The notes under the pieces were generated by a model, which did no database searches, was not told the origin of the DNA, and worked only from the letters and a program-made list of their open reading frames with translations. This document shows positions 37,329 through 49,504 of a DNA stretch of 64,000 nt, piece after piece (the stretch's first letter is position 1; every line of letters starts with the position of its first letter). The DNA is taken from NCBI RefSeq assembly GCF_016433145.1, contig NC_058132.1, positions 154,457,702-154,521,701 on the forward strand, written 5' to 3'. The position numbers and the translations under genes were made by a program. Origin of the DNA: Gracilinanus agilis. Its lineage: Eukaryota.

Positions 37329-38894
37329 TTTTACCTTAGAAAAGATAGTGTAAAGTATGTGCAGGTGGGTGTGGTGTACATATGTAAGTATACTTGTGTA
37401 TATGTGTGTGAGAGGTTGAGGGAAAGGTGAAGGGAAAAGAAAATCCATAGTCAGATTGGTCTAGTTGAGGGGAGGCAATGTAGGCATTCAGACCTTTTCA
37501 TGGCTCCTAAAATGTACCATTCTAATTTATAAACCTGTCATATTAAAATGGAGATTAAACCTTAGAGGTCACCGTGACATTTGATTAATGATTTACCATT
37601 TGATTTGAAAATGTACTTCTATATCCATTATTCATTGCTGATATTATGAAGAACCCCAAATTCCTAAGTGAGAGGGGCAAGAGGATTTGAATTTTAAAAT
37701 ATGATCCTATTAAAGATTATGCTTTCAGTACATTTTTACCCCTAGAATTGTTCTGGGGCCAGGCTCCAATCTACCCTCTCTACATCTCTGCCTCCAGCCC
37801 ATCTTACATGGGCTGCCGTTATAAAAGCCTTGCTTACTTTTTTGGAGGCCAGACTGACTACAAAATGTCTGTGCTGGCCTTGCAAACATTCCCTCCAATG
37901 TACAGGTAAGTAATTTATTGATCCGTAAAGCACTTTGAGATGCTCTGGAAGGGATTATGTCACGCCAACGCCATGCAATAAAATAAAAAATGATGGACTT
38001 TGTGAATACAGGGTGATTTAGAGTTTGTAGTTGGAAGTGTAGTTAAAGTACATTTTAAGTGGAAATCAAGGTGGGTAATGAATTACTCACGCTTGGGAAA
38101 GGCCTGCTGAGAGTTCATTTTCCCAGCTTTTTACTGGGATAAAACAGTAATGATAGCTAATCTTCTAATCACACACTAGAGAGCAATGGACAATTCCCAA
38201 GTGAAAGAAAAGGTGGTTTGGGCCAGAACTGTCAGACCAGTGAGTGAATAAATAAGATGGTCACATTCTGAGTTCCCAAGAATCATCTAGAATTGTCCCC
38301 TTGCTTGTAGCTGGAAAGAATCCCAATGCATTGGGCCAGGCCTGCATTTCTCTTGGTGTCCTTTCAAAGCTAATTGACTCTATAGAAACTCATTTTGGAG
38401 GGGCCTCTATGTCATTCATTCATTCACTTCAGCAAGTATTATTAAATGTCTACTATATGCCATATACTGTGTTAGGATACTATGATAAAAAAAAATCCCT
38501 TATCTCAAGAAACTTTCCTATTTGGGAGAAAGAATATGTAATCAGATAATAGGTTCAGATTAAACCTGTGATTTCCTTAATATTGAAGTTGCCAAAAGCA
38601 CTGAGAATTTAATACATTTGTTAGGGACATACAGAGACAACGTTTGAATTCTGGTCTTCCTGGCCAGCATTCTACTTTCTACCCTTCTTTGCCTTTCACA
38701 CAGATAAGTAAGCAGAAACTATATATAAAGTGGTTTGGGAGGGAAGGACACTGTTAGGTGGCACAGTTGACAAAGTGCTAGACTTGGTGCCCAGAAAACC
38801 TGAGTTTTAATTCTGCCTCAAACATTTATTAGTTTTATGTCACACAACTCAACATGAAGAAAGATAAAACATGCTCCTGCAGGAAAGGTATTTT

Positions 38895-39110
38895 TGTTCA
38901 GTCAGTCATGTCCAACTCTTCATGATCCCATTTGTGGTCTTTTGGGCCAAGATAATGGAGTGGTTTGCCATTTCCTTCTCCAGCCCATTTTACAGATTAA
39001 GAAAATGAGGCACACATTATTAAGTGATTTCCCCAGTCACACTGCTTCTGTACGTCTGATGGCAGATTTGATGGCAAAGTCCAATGCTCTATCCACTGTG
39101 TTATCTAAAT
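38895..39110 (-). mobile_element. Mar1-type SINE
   Basis: gtcatgtccaactcttcatgatccc...ggagtggtttgccatttccttctccagcccattttacagat. Confidence 0.85.
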
Positions 39111-39661
39111 CCTGAAGGGAAGTTGTTTGACTTAAAATTGAGAATGAGAAACTCATTTTTGGACCTGGATAAAGTAGAGGTTTGTTTCATTAGCTATGCT
39201 TTCTTGTTGTAAAGGGTTTGCTTTTATTTTGTTCAATTGGGAGAAGGGGAGTTTAACAGAGAAAAAATAAATGTTAAAAAAAAGTTTAAAAATTTAAATA
39301 TTAAAGAAAGAAGGGCTTGGACTAAATGGTGTTCTCTTCTAGTTATAGTTTTGTGATCCCATGAGTCCATGCTTACCTCTGTCTATTTTCACCCTAATCA
39401 CTCTGAACTTTGGGGTTTTAAATGGGATTTTGAAGCTAAAGTGGTCCTTCAAGATTATTTATTCCAGCACTTTTATTTTACAGGTGAAGATACAGAGGAG
39501 CATTTCAAAGTGATTTGTCCAAGGTCACATGGGTTGCACGGTACAGATTTGGAAACATTTCTTCTTATTCCAAATCCAGCGTCATTATTCATAATATTTT
39601 ACTCTCATTTCATATAACAAAAAGTCAGAATAGTGGGAAAAGGGTCCAACTATCATTAAGA

Positions 39662-39900
39662 GAGCCAGTTGGATGGTACAATGGATAAAGCAATGGACAT
39701 AAATACCAGAGGATTTCTCTGGCTTCAGGTACTAGTTGTGTGATCCCAGGTAAGTCACTTAACTTCATTTGCCTCAGTTTTTTCATCTTTAAAGTGAGTT
39801 AGAAAAAGAAATGTCAAACCACTCTAATACCTTTGCCAAGAAAACCCCAAATGGGTTCATGATGAGTCACACAAAACAGAACTGACTAAACAAAAACAAC
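39662..39900 (+). mobile_element. Mar1-type SINE
   Basis: gcctcagttttttcatc...gtcaaaccactctaatacctttgccaagaaaaccccaaatggg...caac. Confidence 0.85.
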
Positions 39901-40345
39901 CAGTTGGAGGCCTGAAATTGGCTTGGTCAAGTATTATCCATAAAATCAGGAGCAATTACTGAACCTTCTCTAAGTGTCAGTCTTCCTTTTTGGACATCCA
40001 AGATAATAACACTTGTACTACCTACTTTATAGGAGTGCTATGCAAAAAAGCACTTTGTAAACTATAAAACAGGTTCTAAGTGCAAGCTTTTGTTATTACT
40101 GATTAATTCAAGGTCATAATGGAACTTGCACAATGGGTCACATTCTTTACCATTCCACTGATTTTTCTGACTAAATTAAATTTACTTTTCTTTCAGGTTC
40201 CTTTTCCGTAGTTTCCATGCATACAGTTCTATTCTTTCTGGACACATTGCTATATATAATAATAAATATACCTAACTTTTAGATTGTACTTTAATGTTCT
40301 TTAGATATGTCGTCTCATTCGATACTCAAAAAATGATAAGGTAAA

Positions 40346-40537
40346 TGGTTTAGAGAATTGAGAGTCAGGAGAGAGAGAGACAGGAGTCCTGGGTTGAAAT
40401 CTGGCCTCAGACACATCCTATCTGTGTCACCCTGAGAAATGTACTTAAATCCCCACTGTCAAACTCTAGCTCTTCTTCCTTCAGAATAAAAATGCAGTAT
40501 TGATTTTAAGATGGAAGGTAAGGGTTTAAAAAAAAAA
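40346..40537 (+). mobile_element. SINE1_Mdo-like SINE nested in a reversed MIR (about 40270-40700)
   Basis: ctgggttgaaatctggcctcagacac...gatggaaggtaagggtttaaaaaaa; MIR core resumes at 40550. Confidence 0.8.
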
Positions 40538-41829
40538 CAAAGAAACTATGAGGTAGATGTTTTTATGATTCCCTTTTTCAGATAGGGAAACTAAGGTAGA
40601 CAAAGGTTAAATGACTTTTCTAGGGTCACAAAGTTAACAATTATGATTTGAATTCAAGTCTTTCTGACTCAGAGCTATATCCATTACAATATGTAGCTGC
40701 TTACCCAGGCATAGAGCAAGAGTAGCTCAAAGTGCCAAGCTAACATTCGTGCATTCTTCCATTAAGTAGTTAGCCTCTGCTACATACAAAGCACTGGGGT
40801 AGATTTGATGAGGGACACAAAATAATATGATAAATAGATGATCATTATTACCAAAGAGTTTCTAATGTATCTCTGCAGACAAAAGATACCAAATTAATAA
40901 AAGTTAATAATATTAGCACCAACTAAAAGTATAAGAGATAGCTCTAAAGCCCATGTCTGACCATGTTACTCCTCTCATCATGAAGATTCAGCATATAACT
41001 ATTGCCTCTAGGATCAAATACAAACTTCCTGTCTCCATCTCATCATGACAGAGTGATTAAGCACCCCTCATCTTCACACAATTTCTGTTCCAGTCCACTT
41101 TCCTACTTGCAAATCCCCATCTATGATAAGATTGGGATTGAAAGCTGTATCCTCATCAAAGTTCCATTGACTTTCATCTCCTTTTCCATTTGAGGAAATA
41201 AAGCCCTTGGGGTACTTACTTCAGCTTGGGGGATAAATATTCTAAGAACTAAGAACTGAATTAGGCTTTTAATGATAAGTTAGTCTCCTAGGTTGTATGG
41301 TGCCTATCAAGAATACCTAAATTCAAATCTGGTCTTAGATACTTACTTGCTGTATACCACTGAATTAATCACTTAACTTCAACCTCTGTCCACCTCAGTT
41401 TCCTCATTTGTAAATTGGGTATAAAAATGGTACCTACCTACCTCCCAAGGTTGTGGTGATGACTCCATGCTATAACATTTGTAAAGTGCTTTTCAAAGCA
41501 CCACATATATTTGAACTATGATGATAATGATAAATAAGAGTTGAACTAATAAAGAGGTAACAGAGGTAGAGATAATGGAATGAAAAGAACAGATGTGGTA
41601 TTTTAGCTTGTACATCAGTTATCTTTTGTCATGCCTAGCTGAGGCAAAGCAATTTATAGACTTTGACTGAAATAACTGGCTAAAAGAGCTGGAGGTCACT
41701 CCTTCTGGGAAGAGCCATCCTAACCACAATACATTCCCTACCCACATCAGTAGATTGTAAACAGAATAACAGGGCACCCTGACAATAGTTTTCTTGACTA
41801 ATTTCTTGTAATATGAAGCCTAGACTTTT

Positions 41830-43145
41830 ATCTTTTTATTCATAACTTTTAGGTAGTCCAATAATTCTTAAACTGTCTCTCCTGGATCTATTTTCCAGGT
41901 CAATTGTTTTTGTAATGATATATTTCATATTTTCTTCTATTTTTTCATTCTTTTGATTTTTTTATTGTTTCTTGACATCTCATGAAGTTGTTATCTTCTA
42001 TTTGTTCAATCCCAATTTTTAAAGACTGAATTTCTTCCATGACCTTTTTTTTTTTTCTTAAACCCTTGTACTTTCGGTGTATTGTCTCATAGGTGGAAGA
42101 GTGGTAAGGGTGGGCAATGGGGGTCAAGCGACTTGCTCAGGGTCACACAGCTGGGAAGTGGCTGAGGCCGGGTTTGAACCTAGGACCTCCTGTCTCTAGG
42201 CCTGACTCTCACTCCACTGAGCTACCCAGCTGCCCCTTCCATGACCTTTTAATCCTCCTTTTCCATTTGGTCCATTCTACTTTTTATGGCACTCTTTTCT
42301 TAATTAGATTTTTAAACCTCTCTTTCCAGTTGATTATTTTTGCTTTTTAAGCTATTTTCTCTTTGTATTACTTTAATTTCTTTTCCCCATTTTTCTTTGA
42401 CCTGTCTTATTTGATTTTTGAATTCCTTTTTAAGTTCTTCCAGAGCTTGAGACCAATTCTCAGTTTGTTTTTTAAGTAGTTGCTTAGATCTTACCATCCC
42501 CTGTTGATTCTGTGCTTTGCTCTTTGCCCCCATAGAAATTTTTGAGTGTTAAATGTTTCTTTTGCTGATTGCTCACTTTCCCTGTATTTTTTATTTTATT
42601 TTATTTTATTTTATTGCCTGTGGACTAAAAATTCTGAATGCTGCTTGCTGATTTTGTTTCCTCTGCTGACTTTCAGGATTAGGCACTGTGAACTATTTTG
42701 CTGTGGGGCTAAGTCTTCACCACAGCTGAGCAGACTTTAAAGGTCCCAGCTTGATAGGCTGTCAGACCTCACCGTTGCTAGTGCCAGGACCTGGGACTTC
42801 AAAGGGAGGGTCTGAGGTGCTCTTTTGCTTGTGTAGCCCATATCCTGGGATCCTAAAGTTAGCCTATATGTGTCTAAGCACAGAATTTAACACAGTAAGT
42901 TGGGGGAGGGAGGATGGCAAGTAATCCTCTACATGCAGTTTTTGCTTTTGGTTCCCCCTTATCCTTTGACAATTCTCTCTGGCTACCTTTCAAGTTGTGT
43001 TCATGGGGAGAGGCCCCTCACTCCATCTTGCTGTTCGTTTTTGAGTCCTGTACTTATGAGGAGATTTTTAAAGACTGGTTTGGAAGGATTGCCAAAGTAG
43101 TTTAGGCTTTCACTTCTATTAGGCCACCATCTTGGCTCCACTTCT
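41830..43145 (-). mobile_element. L1 5' portion: 5'UTR plus ORF1 N-terminal coiled coil, 3'-truncated and disrupted
   Basis: The minus strand begins agaagtggagccaagatggtgg (typical L1 start GGAGCCAAGATGG). ORF1-like remnants ..LEELKKEFKNQIRQVKEKWGKEIKVIQ.. (42312-42533) and ..EEIQSLKIGIEQIE.. lie either side of a SINE. Confidence 0.85.
42050..42236 (-). mobile_element. Very young SINE1_Mdo-type SINE with perfect 15-bp TSD
   Basis: TSD ttccatgaccttttt at 42035-42049 and 42237-42251. Retains CpGs. Diagnostic tail ctatgagacaatacaccgaagtacaagggttt. Confidence 0.97.
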
Positions 43146-43383
43146 CAGCCCTAACAATAGCAACTGGGTTATAAATCAGAGTTGAAGTCTCATTGGATTC
43201 TGAGAGAAGGGCTCCAAAATTAACTACAGCACTCTACTTCCAGTAAAGGGCTTCCTAAAGTATGAAGAACCAGAGTTTCTCAAAATTCCAATTCTATCCC
43301 TGCACAGTGTATGGTAGAAAAAGGTTAAAAGAGCTTGCTGACAGAATAATGCCCCTTCTTTTTTTAAAATATATATGTATTTT

Positions 43384-43563
43384 TTTTAAACCCTTGTACT
43401 TTCGGTGTATTGTCTCATAGGTGGAAGAGTGGTAAGGGTGGGCAATGGGGGTCAAGTGACTTGCCCAGGGTCACACAGCTGGGAAGTGGCTGAGGCTGGG
43501 TTTGAACCTAGGACCTCCTGTCTCTAGGCCTGACTCTCACTCCACTGAGCTACCCAGCTGCCC
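43384..43563 (-). mobile_element. Very young SINE1_Mdo-type SINE inserted in the tail of another SINE
   Basis: Nearly identical to 42050-42236. TSD tatatgtatttt at 43372-43383 and 43564-43575. Confidence 0.97.
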
Positions 43564-43575
43564 TATATGTATTTT

Positions 43576-43761
43576 ATTTTATTTTTAAACCCTTAACTTC
43601 TGTGTATTGGCTCCTTGGTGGAAGAGTGGTAAGGGTGGGCAATGGGTTTAAGTGACTTGCCCAGGGTCACACAGCTGGGAATTGTCTGAGGCCAGATTTG
43701 AACCTAGGACCTCCCATCTCTAGGCCCGACTCTCAATCCACTAAGCTACCCAGCTGCCCCC
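43576..43761 (-). mobile_element. SINE1_Mdo-type SINE, different subfamily (host of 43384-43563)
   Basis: Tail reads cccttaacttctgtgtattggctcc. Outer TSD aataatgccccttct (43345-43359) / aataatgactcttct (43762-43776). Confidence 0.95.
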
Positions 43762-43779
43762 AATAATGACTCTTCTAAG

Positions 43780-44005
43780 GAGTATGCTGGAGCCAGCTCC
43801 ACTGTCCAGTTAAATCAGGTTGTTAAAATTTCAGTGACTCTTTATACCTTAGGAATCAGCAATTGGTAAAATTCAGAAACTTGATTTACTGTTTTATTGA
43901 TGTTCTAGGCTGAAGAAGGTAATGAAGAAAATGTTAATAATGAAAATTAAACTTAAAAGTGTGTCATGAGTAAATTTCGTTTGTAGAGTTGATTATTAAA
44001 AATCA
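43780..44005 (+). mobile_element. hAT-Tip100 (Arthur-like) non-autonomous element
   Basis: tatgctggagccagctc...ttgttaaaatttcagtg...aaaatgttaataatgaaaattaaacttaaaagtgtgtcatg. Confidence 0.6.
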
Positions 44006-44544
44006 TTCCTTTGCCCTTCTCTAAAGAGAGAAGCTTACTATACATACCAACTCCATTTTGGACAAAGCATTAGTGGCTCTAGTGATAACTGGATAGTTGA
44101 AGAACAGCTGTGGTAGAGTACAATTTTTGTTGGGGAATTCCTCAGAAAACAGACATGGTTAGTTTTAGCAACTGACTGCATCTACTTCCCAAGAATCAGC
44201 CAAAGTAATTCATAGGATATTACTTTGTTAATTATTTGAGCATGAAAATTCATGAAACAAAGACTACAAAAAGACCTCTCAGTACCATGAGATTTCTTTC
44301 CACTTCAGCAGTGATGGTTCAAAGTGGCAAAAAAGAGGAAAGATTAATTATTATAGTTGTTAGACTGTCTATCATAAATGTTAAAGTTCTGTGTGTGCAC
44401 AAACATATGTGTATATATAAACATATATAACAAAATAGGTAAATATATGTATGATATAAATAATACTATATGGCATAATAGTAAATTATTAATAATAAAA
44501 TAATAATAAAAGCTAACTATACATATCATACAAACATAATTTTA

Positions 44545-46000
44545 TTATGTATACAAATGTCATAGGACATTTGGCCATTTCCTGTTGTAATGCACATAAA
44601 AAAGACCAATATGAAACCAATTGTAGCTTATGCTCCAACATCTGTTATAGAGCTTGAGAAAGTAAAGAAATACTATGAAGAGTTCAAGAAATCTTTCAAA
44701 ATTAAAATGAGCATAGAGTAATATAATGGAATGTTAGAAAGTATAATTTAGGATTAAGAAAGAAAAGAGCTGGGCAGCTGGGTAGCTCAGTGGAGTGAGA
44801 GTCCTAGAGACAGGAGGTCCTAGGTTCAAACCTGGCCTCAGCCACTTCCCAGCTATGTGACCCTGGGCAAGTCACTTGACCCCCATTGCCCACCCTTACC
44901 ACTCTTCCACCTATGAGGCAATACACCGAAGTACAAGGGTTAAAAAAAAAAAGAAAGAAAGAAAAGAGCAAAGGCTTATATGTTGAATAGAAGTTCAAAT
45001 TTATATATTATAAATATTTTCTTAAAGAATAGTAGGTGGTACCGTCAATAAACATCATGAAAAAAATAAAATGGATTATATTCTAACAGATAGGAAATGG
45101 CTAGTTAGCCATGTGAGAGTCATTTCTGAATTATCTCTCTGAGAACAGTCAGAACTTCAACTTATTAAAAGATCAAAATCAATAGCAGAAGAAAGAGTAA
45201 AATTGAGACAATGATATTGAACACAATTAAAACAACTCCAACCCAAAATTTTTAAAGAAAAAAAAGAGCTTTCAGAGCCAGAAAAGAGAGGAAATAGAAA
45301 CAAAGAATAGATGTAGATTATGACCATTTTCATAAGCACATTTAATGCGTATAAATTAATAGCAAATTATGAATAGGCTAAAAGAGTCTAAAAAACTAAC
45401 AAATGGCTAATATTATTGTCAGGAAGAAAGGTATAGCATTCAATGGCACATTGGTTAAAAAAACAACAATTTCTTATGAAGGACAATGATGGAAGTTTAT
45501 ATACAGTATCACCTTATAAAATAGTAGGGAAATTTGGCTGAAGAACAAGTAACGCCAGATCACTCTAAAAATATTTAAGGACGAAACTAGTAGAATAGCA
45601 AAATTGGAAAAAAAATCTGCCAAGAATGTAGACATTTTCTCAATCAAAGACATTGGAGCTATGACATTTGGATTCTAATTTCACAGTTTCTGTTATGCTT
45701 AATGGAAATAAAGACATTGGCCAAATTAATTTTATCGTGTGTTCAAAAGGAACTAAAAAAATCATGGGACCATTGAATATCTTCTATTACAAATATCACA
45801 GAGAAAATCTGTAGAAGAATATTATTTGGATCAAATATAATTGGAAGAGATCAATGTGAGAGACAACACAGTTTTGAAATTATTGTTGAGTAAATCCTCA
45901 AGATATTCGAAAGAAGGGTAATAATGAATTCATTAATATTTTTGATAGACATAATATTTTTGCTATGTGATATTAACCATATAATATTGTCATACAATAT
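44545..46000 (+). mobile_element. Decayed RTE-clade LINE (APE endonuclease to RT start), interrupted by a SINE
   Basis: attgtagcttatgctccaacatctgtt translates as IVAYAPTSV. atggattatattctaacagataggaaatgg translates as (M)DYILTDRKW, an RTE endonuclease motif. Confidence 0.75.
44771..44954 (+). mobile_element. Very young SINE1_Mdo-type SINE with perfect 15-bp TSD
   Basis: TSD aagaaagaaaagagc at 44756-44770 and 44955-44969. Same diagnostic tail as 42050 and 43384; lacks a few bases (aggc) in the head. Confidence 0.97.
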
Positions 46001-46974
46001 TGTACTTGAAAAAAATCACAGAATTTACTTAATTTTCCTGTCTCAATTTTCTTTGATATAAAATGAATATAATAATAGAACCTATTTTATATGGAGACAC
46101 ATGATATACTGGAAATAGAAAGGAAAAGATATAACCTGAGGGTAGCTTGGGTATTCTGACCTTAACTCAGATAATAGTTTGGAGACAAGAGACTACTTTC
46201 AGGCCCAGAGAGAGGTGATTTTGTTTCTAAATAAATAAATAAATCATGTGCCATGGCCTGGATCATGTTTTCTCTATTCATATGTATCTAAACTATGCTT
46301 TTCCTAATAGAATTCACTCTTCCCACTGGCATTATGTGCATGCTTGAGATTGTCCTGGAATTGTAGAAAAAAAGCTCTATCTACACTTTTGTTATGCTAT
46401 ATGCTATGCTATACCAAGACCTTAGATTTGATTTCCCTGTGTCTTACATCTGATTAATTAAATTAAAAACATTGATTGGAGTTCTTGATCTATGGTTTTT
46501 AGTGGAAGGAGACCTACAGAGAACCACAAAACTGGGATGGATTTTCTCAGGGCCACATATGTAAAAGAGTGGTAACCCCAGTTGCCATATTTTGGGAACT
46601 TGTCTGACGTCTACAATTTGAATTCTCTAGTACTTCAAAGGTCTACTGGAGAAATAGTTTCTTTTCAGGCTACATTTGGACAGTAGGGTTTTCCAGTGTG
46701 TTTGGTATGTGGTTGTATGGGAGGGGTATATTATAAAGATCACACTATTGTTGGTCAGTCATTTCAGCCATGTCCAATTTTTTTGACCCATTTTGTGTTT
46801 TCTTGGAAAAGATACTGGAATAGTTTCCAATTTCCTTCTCCAGTTCATTTTATGGAGAAGGAACTGAAGCAAACTGGTACTTTTTTTTTGCCATAAATTT
46901 ATTCTAGGTATTAGGGACACAAATTAAAAAAAAATCAATTTCTACTCTCAATGCTTAACTTGTTGTAGGTAAGA

Positions 46975-47200
46975 ACTATAAGGATATTACCCTGCTCTAT
47001 CCCACATTGGTCAGGACTATTAGAATGTGATATCTAGTTTTAGAAGACTTGAGAAAAAAAGAAAACCTATAGAGCATCGTCAAACGTGTTTAGGAAGAGG
47101 GGATACTTTAAAAAAAGGATTAAAGGAAATGAGATTATTTAGCTTAGACAAGGAAAAGTCAAGAGAAGACATCATACAAATATTTCAATATGTGTAGAAA
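46975..47200 (+). mobile_element. CR1/L3 3' ORF fragment
   Basis: ctgctctatcccacattggtcaggac...ggattaaaggaaatgagattatttagcttagacaagg (L..LGLFSLEK-like). Confidence 0.65.
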
Positions 47201-47829
47201 TTAGGATGAATTCTTTGATTTTGCCACAAATACAACATTGCAAATATTTCAAAAGTCATCATCTAACTTATTCATTTTAAAGAGGAGGAAGCTGAAGTTC
47301 AGGAAAAGTGAAGTTGCTAAAAAAAAATTACACAAGTCACAATTGGTGTGGAGTTTAAACCAAGTCTTCTTGACTACAGAGACAGTATATATGTTATAGA
47401 TACATCAGTAAAGCTTCTGTTCTCTGAAAAGATTTGAGAAAATCTTGCTTGAAGGACTCAAAGACTTCTCAAAGTTCTTTCTTTTCTTAAGATTTTCCAG
47501 TAATTTGAAAATGGTCTAGAATCTAGATGATGACTCATATACCAAATGCATTTGAGGAATCAGCCATTAGTTTCTCAGAAATCAAATTGAAGCAGACAGG
47601 CTTAGAAAAAGGAGGATGAGGTCAGAGACAAAGGTTGATTTAAATTAAAGACCCTAACCCTGGTCTCATCAACACAATAACTTTTCATGGTTTTTTTCTA
47701 CATGTACTCATAGGATGGTATTTCTCTGGTGGCTTAGGCCATATATCCTGTTTTATACTCAGTTTGGAACACTATAGTTCTAGAAAGACACAGATAAGCT
47801 AATGAACATCTAAGGAGAGAAACTAGAAT

Positions 47830-48520
47830 GATAAAGGACTTTGAGCCTGTGGCAGTTAAGGATTGATTGAAGGAATGAGGAATGTTTAATCTCTAGAAAA
47901 GAAAACTCAGGGAAGACAAGTGAGATCATGTATTTGAAGGTCTGTGATACTGTAGAAGATTTGTATTTGTTCAAGTTGACCCTAGATAGGAAAAATGAAG
48001 CTAAATATATAGATTTGTGATTTCATTCGTGTACTATCTTCTTTTCCTTTGTATATGGAAATACTTGTTTTATTTGGTTTTGTAAAATTTGAAATAATGA
48101 TGATAATAAAAGTTGATAACCCTAGAGGAAATATTCAGGAGCAATGAGTGGAAGTTACAAAGAATTTAGCTTTGAAGTCAGGGAAATTAAAAAAAAAACA
48201 AAAAAGAAAAGAAAAGAATTCTTAATAATTTTCTTTTTAATGTTCAGTTGTTTCAGTCATGTCTGATTATGAGTCCATTTAGATTTTTCTGGGCAAAGTT
48301 ACTAGAGTGGTTTGCAATTTCCTTCTTTAACTAATTTTACTGAGGAAACTGATGCAAACAGGGTTAAGTGACTTGCCAAGGGTCACACATCTAAAAAGTG
48401 TCTTAGATCAGATTTGAGCCCATGTCTTCCTGACTTCAGGTCTGGCATTCTATCCACTGAGCCACCTAGCAGTACTTCTTAATAACTGGAGCTCTCCAAA
48501 AGTAGAATGGGTTGTCTTCC
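47830..48520 (+). mobile_element. CR1/L3 3' fragment hosting an L1 3' stub (about 47987-48110) and a reversed Mar1 SINE
   Basis: gaaggaatgaggaatgtttaatctctagaaaagaaaactcaggg...gcaatgagtggaagttacaaag. The L1 stub is flanked by aagttgaccctaga / aagttgataaccctaga. Confidence 0.65.
48232..48475 (-). mobile_element. Mar1-type SINE with 10-bp TSD
   Basis: gttcagttgtttcagtcatgtctga...gagtggtttgcaatttccttc...tatccactgagccacctagc; flanked by ttcttaataa on both sides. Confidence 0.88.
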
Positions 48521-49415
48521 CCTCTCTGGCCCATAGTTCTCTCATCTATAAAAAAAAAGGGGTTAGCCTAGATTATTTCTGGATTCCTTATAATTTGTAA
48601 TCACTGTAATTCTGATATTTAGGGTCACAAATCATGTAAAAAATTTCCTATTTTTCTAAACCCTTCCCTTCTGTCTTAGAATTGATCACATAGATAGGAA
48701 GTGTCTGAGGCCAAATTTGAATCCTGGAAGATGAGTCTTCCTGACTCCAGACTGAGTACTCTATACCCTATGGCATTTATCGGTCCTATTAGAATCTTAA
48801 CACAAGTGTAATTTACAAGTCTAACTTAATCAAACCTCTGGTGTATTTTGCCTGGATTTGAGCTTTTAGTTAGATGGACAGCAAGTATTGTAAAGAAAGG
48901 AAGCTCAGTACTTGGTTGAAGAGAAAATCTCAGTAGCAGAGCTACATGTAACCTTGAGAGTAACAGACCTGCCAGAAATAATGCAAGAAAGAATATATAT
49001 CACATACCCATATGTCAGTAGGGAATCCAGGTGTCCCTCATTTTATAGCACTTCATTTTATTTTGCTATACAGACATTGCCTTTATATCACAGGCAGTGA
49101 GAGTTTATTTGAGGCAGTCTGATAGGAAGTTGCTATTATTCTCTGACATTGAAGATAAATTCTTTATTTGTTTGTTCCTAATTCTGCCCTCTGACAACAA
49201 ATTTTAACCTCATTTTAGGTGATAGCTTTCAAATGTTTGAAGAAACCTATTTTCTTCCCCTACTACTCCCCAATCCTGTTTTCTGTTATGGCTAACCAGT
49301 TCCATCAAATAATATTCCCTTTCTAGATGAGGCTTGACCAATAGAGAGTAACTGAATAAGATTAAAGATTATTTTTTAAACAATGAATGAAACCACAACT
49401 AAAAGAAAATAGCTT

Positions 49416-49503
49416 GGGGCAGCTAGGTGTCTCAGTGGATAGAGTACCAGGCCTGGAGATGGGAGGTCCTGGATACAAATCTGACCTCAGACTTTTCCTA
49501 GCC
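49416..49503 (+). mobile_element. 5' half of a tRNA-derived SINE
   Basis: ggggcagctaggtgtctcagtggatagag...aaatctgacctcagacttttcctagc, then abrupt end. Confidence 0.85.
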
Positions 49504-49504
49504 A

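Noticed and set aside
37165-37350. Similar ttacctt(a)gaaaag-ata words either side of the 131-N gap
   Set aside because: The match is imperfect and short, and not enough to call a duplication.
42050-42236. tRNA-like A/B boxes as tRNA genes (also in other SINE heads)
   Set aside because: They are SINE heads with CORE/tail sequence and TSDs, and there is no cloverleaf.
42312-42533. Coiled-coil ORF as a host gene
   Set aside because: It is a disrupted L1 ORF1 remnant within a recognisable L1 5' end.
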